This document shows, piece after piece, positions 39,108 through 48,051 of a DNA stretch of 64,000 nt. Source of the DNA: Terriglobia bacterium (lineage in GTDB: Bacteria; Acidobacteriota; Terriglobia; 20CM-2-55-15); contig CAXWPJ010000005.1 of NCBI GenBank assembly GCA_963664115.2, positions 192,001 through 256,000 on the forward strand, in the 5' to 3' direction. Every line of letters begins with the position of its first letter. The stretch's first letter is position 1. The notes under the pieces are model-generated. The model saw only the letters and a list, made by a program, of their open reading frames with translations. It was not told where the DNA came from and searched no databases. A program made the position numbers and the translations under genes.

Positions 39108-40598
39108 TTAACGGTTCAGACTGTAGAGCCCGACTTCCGGGTTACCCCCGCCACTGCAGCCGGTCGCCCCATAGCGCAGGAACTTCTGGATTCGCTGTCC
39201 GGAGTCGACTTCGCCCGTGTAAACGTTCCCCGCCGAATCGACGGCCAGGGCGTGTATCCAATGGAACTCACCGATCTGCCGTCCGGATCGGCCGATCCTA
39301 TCCAACTCGGTGAGGTTCTCCCGGTCGATGACGTAAAATGTGCCGTTGGCCAGATCTCCAACGTAAAGGCAGGTCTGTCCTGGATCGGTGGAGAGCGCGG
39401 CTGAAACCGCTGTACCACTCGCCGTGTGTGGCGCGATCGGAATCTCTCCCACGAAACCGCACTGTCCGGGTTCTGCATCGGGGTTGCTGCACTCTCCTCC
39501 GACTGCGTTTACGTCGAAGATCTGAATGCGGTTGTTACCGCGGTCGCAGGCATACAACAGTCCATCCACACTGAGGCTCGTACAGTGCAGGGGGCTTCTG
39601 AAAAACAGGGGGGTCAGGTCGCCCGCCTGATAGTCAGCGGCCCAGGGGCCGGCGTCATAGGGATCAATATCGGTACCGTCCGGGTCGTCCACCGGGTTCT
39701 GTCCGTAGGCGCCGAAGTGACCGACGTACTGCCCCGTCCCGGCATCCACGATCAGAATGCGCCGGTTTCCATAGCCGTCGGCGATGTACAAACGGTTGGT
39801 CTCCGGATCCACGCTCATGTCCGCCACCAGATAGGGCTGCGGCGTTTGATTGGGGCCGCCGTCGATGTCCTCGCTGTCGGGACCTTCCATGCCGGCGTAT
39901 CCGATCTGGTAGATGAACTCCCCGTCTGCGGTGAACTTCAGGATGTGCGAATCATCCCCGTAGGTGGCCGCCCACGGAAACTGTCCAGTGAAGTTCTGTC
40001 CGTTCCCGGAGATATAGACGAAGTCGTTGTGGTCGACGAAGATTCCGTGCTCGCGACCCGGCCAGAAGCAGCCGTCTGCTTCCCGGCAGTTCTCCTCGAG
40101 AAAGCCGGGATCCGAAGGACCGCCCCAGGCATCGAGCAGATTGCCTGCCTGGTCGAACTTCAGGACTGATGGCGCTGGAACGCAACAGCCCGAAGTCTGT
40201 TCGGCGAAAACCCTGGGATTGCCCAGCCCGTCCACGCTCACACCAGCGTCGTTTGTCCCGGCCACGCCCAGTCCGGCGGCGGCGCTGGACTCCAGTGCCC
40301 GGGGCCGGTGATAGACCCAGATGTTGTCGTTGCCGTCGACTGCGATTCCACCCACCTGGCTGATACGCCAGTTGTTGGGCAGAGGTTTCGGCCAGCCTGG
40401 ATCGACGACGAAACTCGGAGCCGCACTGCCCGAAGGCACCCGGAGCCCGGAACGTTCAACGAGCCGGTCGATGGCACCGGCCTGGTCGAGAAGTATGGCC
40501 CCTTCCCCCTGTTCGCCCTCGGGCGCCGGTCCTTCACATGCGGCGATACCCAGGACCCCCAAGAAAGCGGCGAAAACGATGCGTTGTACCCTTATCAT
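39108..40598 (-). CDS. NHL-repeat beta-propeller lipoprotein
   Basis: Lipobox IAAC; VDPGWPKPLPNNW, ADGYGNRR and CDR.NNRIQ.F. Confidence 0.8.
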   Translation of the reverse strand: MIRVQRIVFAAFLGVLGIAACEGPAPEGEQGEGAILLDQAGAIDRLVERSGLRVPSGSAAPSFVVDPGWPKPLPNNWRISQVGGIAVDGNDNIWVYHRPRALESSAAAGLGVAGTNDAGVSVDGLGNPRVFAEQTSGCCVPAPSVLKFDQAGNLLDAWGGPSDPGFLEENCREADGCFWPGREHGIFVDHNDFVYISGNGQNFTGQFPWAATYGDDSHILKFTADGEFIYQIGYAGMEGPDSEDIDGGPNQTPQPYLVADMSVDPETNRLYIADGYGNRRILIVDAGTGQYVGHFGAYGQNPVDDPDGTDIDPYDAGPWAADYQAGDLTPLFFRSPLHCTSLSVDGLLYACDRGNNRIQIFDVNAVGGECSNPDAEPGQCGFVGEIPIAPHTASGTAVSAALSTDPGQTCLYVGDLANGTFYVIDRENLTELDRIGRSGRQIGEFHWIHALAVDSAGNVYTGEVDSGQRIQKFLRYGATGCSGGGNPEVGLYSLNR

Positions 40599-40822
40599 AG
40601 TCTCTATCCTCCCCGACGTTGGACCCCTTCAACCAAGCTTTCGACATGTACGCTGATGGGGACAGCGACAGTGTAGAACGCCGGCGGAGCATTGGCAATA
40701 TCGAGCAACGCAACATTTACGGTCAACGTGATGAAGCTTGATCTCATAGTGAAAACCTGATAATTCGTGGCACGGGAACCGTATACAGTTTTCCTCAGTA
40801 AACGTTTTCAAAGGAGATCACC

Positions 40823-41923
40823 ATGCCGCGCGTATTTCGAGTGGTTTTGCTTCTGGTAGTCGGCTCCATCGCACTGGGTGTGATCGGGGGGAGTCAAATC
40901 CAAGCCCAGTCGACTACAAACCCATACCGCGTCACCTTCGATTGGGCGCAACTTCCCGATGGCAGAGAAATGGGGACGGTGAGCGGCGTCTTTCCCGATC
41001 CCGATGGCCAGCACCTGTGGATACTCGACCGCTGCGGCGCGAACCAGTGTGCCGGAACCGATCTGAATCCGATAATGAAGTTCGATCTTGAGGGGAACCT
41101 CGTCGACAGCTTCGGAGCCGGGCTCTTCGCCTTCCCCCACGGCTTCTTCCTCGACCATGAGGGTTTCCTCTGGGTGACCGAGGGGGGGTCTCATGGGGAC
41201 GACCGGGCCACGCTGGGCGAGAGCATGGGCATCGGGCATCAGGTTCTCAAGCTCAATCAGCAGGGCGAGGTCGTCATGCGATTGGGCGAGGCCGGAGTCT
41301 GGGGCGATGGCCCCGACCATTTCAACGGGCCCTCCGGAGTCGTAGTGGCGCCCAACGGAGACATCTGGGTGGCCGACGGACACCGCGGCGGTAACAACCG
41401 CATCGTCCGGTTCAACAGCGACGGGGCTTTTCTCGTCGCAGTCGGCGGGGGCGTCGGCTCCGAGAGCAAGGAGGCGGCCCGTTTCAGCGATCCGCATGAC
41501 ATCAAAATGGATTCCCAGGGCCGGGTCTATGTCGCCGATCGCGGTAACAGCCGTATCCAGGTGTTCGACCCGGAGGGCACGCTCCTTTATATATGGACAC
41601 ATTTTGGCAAGCCCAGCGGTCTGTTCATCGATCGCAACGACATCCTCTACGCGGGCGATGGCCTGTCCGGTAGCGTCCGCACGGGCCCCCCGGACAACTG
41701 GCGGAGCAACCTGGGGTGGGAGAAAGGCGTACGGATCGGAGACCTCAAGACAGCGCAGGCCTGGGTGACGCATTTCATTCCGCAGCACGACGAAGACGTG
41801 GGAGCCGGGATCGAGTTTCTTGGGGTGGATTTCGACGGCAACATCTATGCCGGTGAGGTCGCACGCCGGCGTCTGGTGAAGTACATCCCCTATAGACCAC
41901 CCGAGGTGAGAGGTGCGCCGTAA
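40823..41923 (+). CDS. NHL-repeat protein (peptidyl-alpha-hydroxyglycine lyase-like)
   Basis: Signal peptide; FPHG, FNGP, ADGH, PH.I..D and ADRGNSRIQ. Confidence 0.82.
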   Translation: MPRVFRVVLLLVVGSIALGVIGGSQIQAQSTTNPYRVTFDWAQLPDGREMGTVSGVFPDPDGQHLWILDRCGANQCAGTDLNPIMKFDLEGNLVDSFGAGLFAFPHGFFLDHEGFLWVTEGGSHGDDRATLGESMGIGHQVLKLNQQGEVVMRLGEAGVWGDGPDHFNGPSGVVVAPNGDIWVADGHRGGNNRIVRFNSDGAFLVAVGGGVGSESKEAARFSDPHDIKMDSQGRVYVADRGNSRIQVFDPEGTLLYIWTHFGKPSGLFIDRNDILYAGDGLSGSVRTGPPDNWRSNLGWEKGVRIGDLKTAQAWVTHFIPQHDEDVGAGIEFLGVDFDGNIYAGEVARRRLVKYIPYRPPEVRGAP

Positions 41924-41996
41924 TCAATGACTGCCCGAAAGGGCTAATCCGGAGAGTCCGGGTAGGCGCGTTCTGCCCCTACCCTGTTCTCTTTCG

Positions 41997-43412
41997 CTAA
42001 TAACCGGGATCGCTGATCGATTTCGTGTCCAGGATCGGCGCGTACTTCCGAACTACGGAATCGACGTCCGAAGCTTTTCCAACGAGAACGAAAACGAGAT
42101 CGTCTAAAGGAAAATATTGCTGAACGACCCTGCGTACGTCCTCCATCGATACCGCGTCAACCTCGGCGTAGTAGTTGTCGATGTCGGCCGCATCGAGCCC
42201 GTAAAATTCCAGTTGCGCAATGGTTGATGCAAGCCGGTCCGAGGTCTCGATGCGGGTCGGGAACTGCCCCTTGATGTAGGTCTTCACCGACTCGAGTTCG
42301 ATGGGGGGGATGCCCTCTTCGTGAAGCTCCTCCAACACTCGAAGCGCCATGTCGATTGCTTCTTCCGTGGTGTCGTTCCTTGTATACGAGGAAATCAGGA
42401 AGGGCCCCGCTTCCTGGAGCAACTCAAAGCGGGAGCCTGCGCCGTAAGTCAATCCGGACTCCACACGCAAGGCTGTATTAAGACGCGAGGTGAAGCGGCC
42501 GCCGAAGAACGTATTGACGACTCCGATCGGGACACGATCGGGATGCGTACGGTTCACACCCAGATTGCCGATGTAAAAATACGTCTGCGTGGAATCCGGT
42601 TTGTCGACAAGAAGCACACGGGCCTCCGTCACCGGGCGCGGCGCATCGATCGCAACAACGGGCGTCGTACGCCGGGGCCAAGTTGCAAAATGCTCCTCGA
42701 CCAATTCCTGCATTTCGGCCATTGAAAAATCACCGACCGCAGCCAGGATTGTGTTTTCTGGAGTGAAATAGCTTTCGTGGAAGGTCTGAACGTCGTCACG
42801 GGAAATAGATCCAATCGAATCTTCATCGCCGGCCACAGGCCGGCCGTAAGGATGATTTCCGAACAAATATGCCTTGAAATAGGATCCGATGACCCGGTTC
42901 GCACGGTCCTTCACAGACCGCAGCCCGTCCCGATGCTGCGCTATCAGCTTGTCGACCTCTTCGGGCACAAACGTTGGATTGCGGACCATGTCGGCCAGCA
43001 ATTCGATGCCTTTCGTCAGGTCCTTCGTGAGAAACTCCGCGCTTCCCGACGTATAGTCGAGGCCCGCACTGACATTGAACCGCGCCCCGATGAAATCGAG
43101 CTGAGTCGAAATCTGATCAGAAGAGCGCGACAACGTACCCTTCCGCAACAGATCTCCGACAAGCGTGGCCACGCCTTCTTTACCGACTGGATCGGCAACC
43201 GATCCCGTCTTCACGATAAAACTCAAGCTGACAATCGGAAGCTCATGGTGTTCCATCAACAGGAGCGTCATGCCGTTGTCCAGTTCCACGGTGTTGTAGG
43301 GCGGAAGCGCCAGGGTATCCGGACTTTGGGCGTAGACGATTGCACCGACGTTCAGAACCTTCAGGGCCAGGAACATGGCAACGGTCGGGAATGCGAGTCG
43401 CGCGGACCTCAT
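41997..43412 (-). CDS. M16 peptidase, non-catalytic subunit
   Basis: L.NG, HPYG and F.SRL...LR...GLTY; no HxxEH motif. Confidence 0.88.
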   Translation of the reverse strand: MRSARLAFPTVAMFLALKVLNVGAIVYAQSPDTLALPPYNTVELDNGMTLLLMEHHELPIVSLSFIVKTGSVADPVGKEGVATLVGDLLRKGTLSRSSDQISTQLDFIGARFNVSAGLDYTSGSAEFLTKDLTKGIELLADMVRNPTFVPEEVDKLIAQHRDGLRSVKDRANRVIGSYFKAYLFGNHPYGRPVAGDEDSIGSISRDDVQTFHESYFTPENTILAAVGDFSMAEMQELVEEHFATWPRRTTPVVAIDAPRPVTEARVLLVDKPDSTQTYFYIGNLGVNRTHPDRVPIGVVNTFFGGRFTSRLNTALRVESGLTYGAGSRFELLQEAGPFLISSYTRNDTTEEAIDMALRVLEELHEEGIPPIELESVKTYIKGQFPTRIETSDRLASTIAQLEFYGLDAADIDNYYAEVDAVSMEDVRRVVQQYFPLDDLVFVLVGKASDVDSVVRKYAPILDTKSISDPGY

Positions 43413-44779
43413 TCTTCGGCCTCCGGAATCAATGTGGCCACGGTCCGATTGGCCTGGGTGAAATACTCGCGTGCGACACGTCTGAGGTCCTCTGCGCTCA
43501 CCCCGGAGTAATCCTCAGGAGTTCGAAACAAGCGGCGGTAGTCCCCGAAAAACACATCGTAGTTGCCCAGGGCGTTGGCCTTGCCGTTGAGGGTTTTCAA
43601 GCCACGGTAGAAGCTCGCCAGGCGTATGTTTCTGGCCTTTTCAAGCTCTTCGTCCGCCACGAGAACGTCCTTCAAACGATTCAACTCTTCATAGATCGCA
43701 CTTTCCACGGCCTCAGGCGAGACACCTTCTCTGGGCATCGCTTCGATTCGAAACAACGTTGGATCGAGTGCAAGGCCGTATGAAGCGTCGACTGAGAGTG
43801 CCAGTTGATCCGCATCCACGATCCGCCGATACATCCGCGAGCTCTCGCCATCGAAGAGAATCGTCTCGAGCATCTGGAGCGGATAGTAGTCCGCGTGTCT
43901 CGATTCGGGCACGTGGAATCCCATCATTAGCAACGGCAGTCGTGCCGGCTTGGTCACAACGACACGGCGCTCTCCCCTCTGCTCGGGTTCACGCGTGGTC
44001 ACAGGTGGCGGCAAGCCCCGCGAGGATATGGATCCGACACTATTTTCGGCCAGTTCGATGAACCGAGCTGCATCGACGTCCCCCACCACCACCATCGTCG
44101 CGTTCGCCGGGGAATAACCGATCTCGAAATGCTTCGCCAGATCTTCCATCGTCCAGTTTTCTATGTCGACCATCCAACCGACAACGGGCCACTGGTAGGG
44201 ATGCGCTGTAAAGGCTGCCGCCATGAGTTGTTCCCTCAGGATTGATCTATTGTTCGCCTCCACGGACGTCCGGCGCTCAGAGGCCACGACACCCCGTTCG
44301 GATGCAACCATCCGCTCGTTAATACTCAGGTTCTGTATACGGTCCACTTCCAATCGGAAGACGGTTTCGAGCGCGGAAGGCGGAAACCTGTCCTGGTACA
44401 CCGTGACATCCCGTGAGGTGTACGCATTATTCGAACCACCGGCTGCCTCCATGATTTCGTCGAACATGCCGGGACCGAAATTTTCAGAGCCATTGAACAT
44501 CATGTGTTCGAAAAAGTGTGACAGGCCTGTGGTTCCCGGCCGCTCGTTACGGGACCCAATCGTGTAGAAAATATAGAGGGCGACGCTGGGGATGGAATGA
44601 TCTTCCTGGACAATGATCCTCATCCCATTGTCCAAACGGTGAGTCTCAACACCGAAGTCGGGGTTCGTTTGAGCCCCGGCCATGGAGACGCACCCCAGGC
44701 TCAGGACCCCACAGAGCCCAACTCTGAAAATTGCTGTCGGCTTCAAAACGGAAAACCTCGAGAATGAGTTGCTAACCAC
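43409..44779 (-). CDS. M16 peptidase, catalytic subunit; start approximate
   Basis: HFFEH, NAYTS and ER.VV.SERR. Confidence 0.9.
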   Translation of the reverse strand: MVSNSFSRFSVLKPTAIFRVGLCGVLSLGCVSMAGAQTNPDFGVETHRLDNGMRIIVQEDHSIPSVALYIFYTIGSRNERPGTTGLSHFFEHMMFNGSENFGPGMFDEIMEAAGGSNNAYTSRDVTVYQDRFPPSALETVFRLEVDRIQNLSINERMVASERGVVASERRTSVEANNRSILREQLMAAAFTAHPYQWPVVGWMVDIENWTMEDLAKHFEIGYSPANATMVVVGDVDAARFIELAENSVGSISSRGLPPPVTTREPEQRGERRVVVTKPARLPLLMMGFHVPESRHADYYPLQMLETILFDGESSRMYRRIVDADQLALSVDASYGLALDPTLFRIEAMPREGVSPEAVESAIYEELNRLKDVLVADEELEKARNIRLASFYRGLKTLNGKANALGNYDVFFGDYRRLFRTPEDYSGVSAEDLRRVAREYFTQANRTVATLIPEAEE

Positions 44780-46115
44780 CCAACGATCGTGCGAAATCGG
44801 CTTTGGTCTCCTGAAGGATCTCAAGGATCGCCCTGCGGTCGGCCTGAGACAGGTGAGTAAAGGCCTCACTTTCGTCCTCACCCTGGAGCACCGCCGCAAG
44901 CCGCTGGTACACATACTCTTTGACCATGACGGGCAGACCGTCGAAAGCGTCGGAGTAGATGACGTAGCTGAGAGGATATCGGAACATACGGTCGTTGAGA
45001 TCCAGCTGACGTAAAGAACGTCCTTTGCTGTCGGGGGGTCCCCGGTTGGAGAACTGCTCGGCAAACCCCGAGGTTCCAGCGATAGATCCGTCCAAAGGTG
45101 CTTCCGCAACCATTAACAATGCACCGACGAGCGGTTCCGTCCAATCCTGAACAAGCGCCCGGGTCTCGGCAGAAATAAAATCTCGCTCCCGTCCCAATTG
45201 AGCGTTTCGTTCGTCTTCGTTACCAAGCGCTTTTCGAGTTTCGAAATTCACACGGACGATCACGCTCTGCACGCTGGCCTGATGTTCGAGCACCAACAGA
45301 GCGACGATGTCGCTGCCTTCGCCCAGGTACGGCCCGGTGTCAAGCCATTCACCGAGGTCGGACACGTTGGCACCCCGTTCCAGATCGAATTCCGCCGGGT
45401 CGGCGGCGTTGTTCACGATGATGTTGCCCATGTGACGCTGGGCGCCATGCGTCCCGGTAACGTACCACCCGCCCCAGCGCTCTTCGATCGGACTTTGATA
45501 GGTCGTCAGATGCCAACCCTCGTGGGAAGCGAATCCTCCGTACTGATCCGTAAAACCGGAGCCCACCAGATGACGGGGGACACCACCCCCTGAGAGGGAA
45601 TAGGTGTCATGGCAGCGCAGGCACAGAGCGGTCTGGCGTTGGAACCGAGGCGTGGTGTCCCCGGCCTGATCTAATGTATAGAAAACGATACCGAGATCAG
45701 GATCCATCGCAGAAATTTCCATCACGTCCCCGTTCTGCAACCATCCGACATAGACGCTATCGTTGAAGTAGAGCGCACGCGGTGTTTCCGGAGCGATACG
45801 ATCGACTTGAAAACTGGTCTTTGAAAATACAAGCATCTGGGAGGAGACATCGATGTCCAGTTGGTCCAGCAGTGAGACCAGATAACCGTTCTCCGCGTCA
45901 AAGGTAAGCTTCGCCTCTCCGGCATCGATTTCCCGTTGAAGCCGAGCGATGGCATTGGACGGCTGTCGCGTCGCATATTCGATGACCGGATATTCGCTTT
46001 CGTAGGGCAGCTGCCCCAGAGCCCCTCCGACAACGGGGACAAAGACGACCAGTACGACGAACCCGAAAACGAATTTTCGAGCCGTCCGATCCTTCCTGTG
46101 CGAAAGTTCCTTCAT
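44772..46115 (-). CDS. Conserved exported hypothetical protein with a CxxCH motif
   Basis: SSQ.LVFSKTS.Q, PRALYFND, CLRCH and RWGGWYVTG. Confidence 0.75.
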   Translation of the reverse strand: MKELSHRKDRTARKFVFGFVVLVVFVPVVGGALGQLPYESEYPVIEYATRQPSNAIARLQREIDAGEAKLTFDAENGYLVSLLDQLDIDVSSQMLVFSKTSFQVDRIAPETPRALYFNDSVYVGWLQNGDVMEISAMDPDLGIVFYTLDQAGDTTPRFQRQTALCLRCHDTYSLSGGGVPRHLVGSGFTDQYGGFASHEGWHLTTYQSPIEERWGGWYVTGTHGAQRHMGNIIVNNAADPAEFDLERGANVSDLGEWLDTGPYLGEGSDIVALLVLEHQASVQSVIVRVNFETRKALGNEDERNAQLGRERDFISAETRALVQDWTEPLVGALLMVAEAPLDGSIAGTSGFAEQFSNRGPPDSKGRSLRQLDLNDRMFRYPLSYVIYSDAFDGLPVMVKEYVYQRLAAVLQGEDESEAFTHLSQADRRAILEILQETKADFARSLGG

Positions 46116-46123
46116 ATCTTTGA

Positions 46124-46203
46124 AAAATGGGGTCAGAGCCCTATATTCCCTATTTAAAATTCCGAGTCTATTAATTCGGTAAATAGGGCTCTGACCCCAT
46201 TTT
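46124..46203. repeat. REPIN-like element with 21-bp perfect inverted repeats
   Basis: AAAATGGGGTCAGAGCCCTAT ... ATAGGGCTCTGACCCCATTTT around an AT-rich spacer. Confidence 0.85.
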
Positions 46204-46204
46204 A

Positions 46205-46633
46205 CTAGTGGGGATCAGTGACCTGGCGGCGGTCCCGGAAGGGACGGGGCCAGGTGACAGAATCGACCCGGCCCATCATCTGCTGCACCTGGTCTAAATC
46301 GAAGGGTTTGGCCAGAAACAAATCTTCCTGCCGGACCCTGTTCAGAGCGGCGGGATCCCCCGACATCAGGACGAACTTCAGAGTCGGTGCCTCACGGAAC
46401 CCGCATCGCGCAAGCTGAGCACCGCTCATTTCATCCATGTGATAGTCGCTAATGAGGACATCGATAGCCTTCGTCGTGTCCCCCAGGATTGTCATCGCTT
46501 CCATCGGGTCTTCGGATCCGATCACGGAATACCCCATGCCAGAAAGCATCTCTGAGAGCAGCCAAACGATCGCCGCATCGTCGTCGACGACCAGTACCGT
46601 CGACATTGACAATGTCACTGTGAAGTTCTCCAT
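46205..46633 (-). CDS. Single-domain response regulator
   Basis: LVVDDD, D..M, MSG and KPF. Confidence 0.88.
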   Translation of the reverse strand: MENFTVTLSMSTVLVVDDDAAIVWLLSEMLSGMGYSVIGSEDPMEAMTILGDTTKAIDVLISDYHMDEMSGAQLARCGFREAPTLKFVLMSGDPAALNRVRQEDLFLAKPFDLDQVQQMMGRVDSVTWPRPFRDRRQVTDPH

Positions 46634-46813
46634 TCAGGTTCTTGTTAAAGCGTTCCCCAACGGACTAACAAGACGTGAGAGCCCACGCATTTCTACCACA
46701 TTTTGGAAGGAAACTTCGACGCTTTTTACCGGTCCGGGCTCTGACGGTGATCGTGAGCGAAGCCGTAATGGATAAAGTCACATGAATCGAAAGTTTGGTA
46801 GAATTCGTGGACC

Positions 46814-47944
46814 ATGACTCTCAGCAATTCGAGGCCGGCGCTCATCCCCCTCCGCACAATCACGACACTCGCCCTCTGGGTCCTTCTGGCTATGCCCGCA
46901 TCAGCGGGGCCGACACAGCCGGGTCAAACGACGGCTGCAATATCGTTTGACGAGGTTCTTGATGCAGCCGCCAGCCTACCCCGCTTGCACAGTCTCCTGA
47001 TCAACTGGAATGGAGAGTTGCTCGTCGAACAGTATTTCAACAGCACGCGACCTACAAACCTCACGAACATCAAGTCCGCATCGAAGAGCGTGGTGTCTGC
47101 TTTGGTCGGCATCGCTCTCGACCGGGGAATCATCAAAGACGTGACACAGCCTATCGGCGGTTACTTCCCGGATTTACTCGCCGGCGAAGACAACCGACGA
47201 AAGCGCGCGATCACGATCGAAGATCTCCTGACCATGCGGTCCGGACTGGAAACGACGAGCAACCGCAACTACGGAGCCTGGGTCCTGAGCTCGAACTGGG
47301 TACGATTCGCGCTCAACCAGACGCTCATCCGCACACCGGGCACGCGGATGGACTACAGCACCGGCAATACGCATCTGCTGTCTGCGATCCTGACACGGTT
47401 GACAGGCACGAGTACCTGGCAGTTCGCACGCGACTTTCTCGCAAAACCCATGGGTTTTTCCCTGGCCCAGTGGCCACGCGACCCCCAGGGTATTTATTTT
47501 GGCGGCAATGATATGACGATGACGCCGAAGCAGCTGATGACTTTCGGACGGATGTATCTGAACGGAGGCCGGGCTAACGGCCGTCAGGTGGTGTCCGAGC
47601 AATGGGTGGAGGCTTCCTTCGTCGCGCGCACGCCGTCTCCGCGCGAGAGAGGCCGGTTCTACGGCTATGGCTGGTGGATTCGTCAGATGGCAGGTCACGC
47701 AACCTTCTACGCCTGGGGTTATGGTGGACAGTTTGTTTTTCTCGTGCCGGATCTGGACCTGGTTGTCGTCACGACCTCGTCCAGCAATCCGGGGGAAGGC
47801 CGGGGCCGCCACCTCCGGGACATTTACAGAATCGTAGAGGATCATATTGTCCGCCGGATCATCTCGCACGATACTGATCGAGCGGGGGTTCAAGAAGGTG
47901 ATCCCGTCGGCCCTCACGCGGCGGTCGAGACCGCTCTCCGCTAG
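46814..47944 (+). CDS. Serine hydrolase (AmpC/beta-lactamase-like)
   Basis: SASK, LLTM.SG, Y.T and YGYGWW. Confidence 0.88.
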   Translation: MTLSNSRPALIPLRTITTLALWVLLAMPASAGPTQPGQTTAAISFDEVLDAAASLPRLHSLLINWNGELLVEQYFNSTRPTNLTNIKSASKSVVSALVGIALDRGIIKDVTQPIGGYFPDLLAGEDNRRKRAITIEDLLTMRSGLETTSNRNYGAWVLSSNWVRFALNQTLIRTPGTRMDYSTGNTHLLSAILTRLTGTSTWQFARDFLAKPMGFSLAQWPRDPQGIYFGGNDMTMTPKQLMTFGRMYLNGGRANGRQVVSEQWVEASFVARTPSPRERGRFYGYGWWIRQMAGHATFYAWGYGGQFVFLVPDLDLVVVTTSSSNPGEGRGRHLRDIYRIVEDHIVRRIISHDTDRAGVQEGDPVGPHAAVETALR

Positions 47945-48051
47945 ACGACGCGTTCACGAAATTCTGTTTCAAGGTTCAGACGGGTCGGCTCTGCCCAGCC
48001 TTGACGTCACCGCAGACCGGCACTATTCTCGGTTCGGTCGAACGCAATTCA

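Noticed and set aside
44780-45109. N-terminal extension of the 566-aa M16 ORF
   Set aside because: Overlaps the upstream gene in another frame; the signal peptide lies further downstream.
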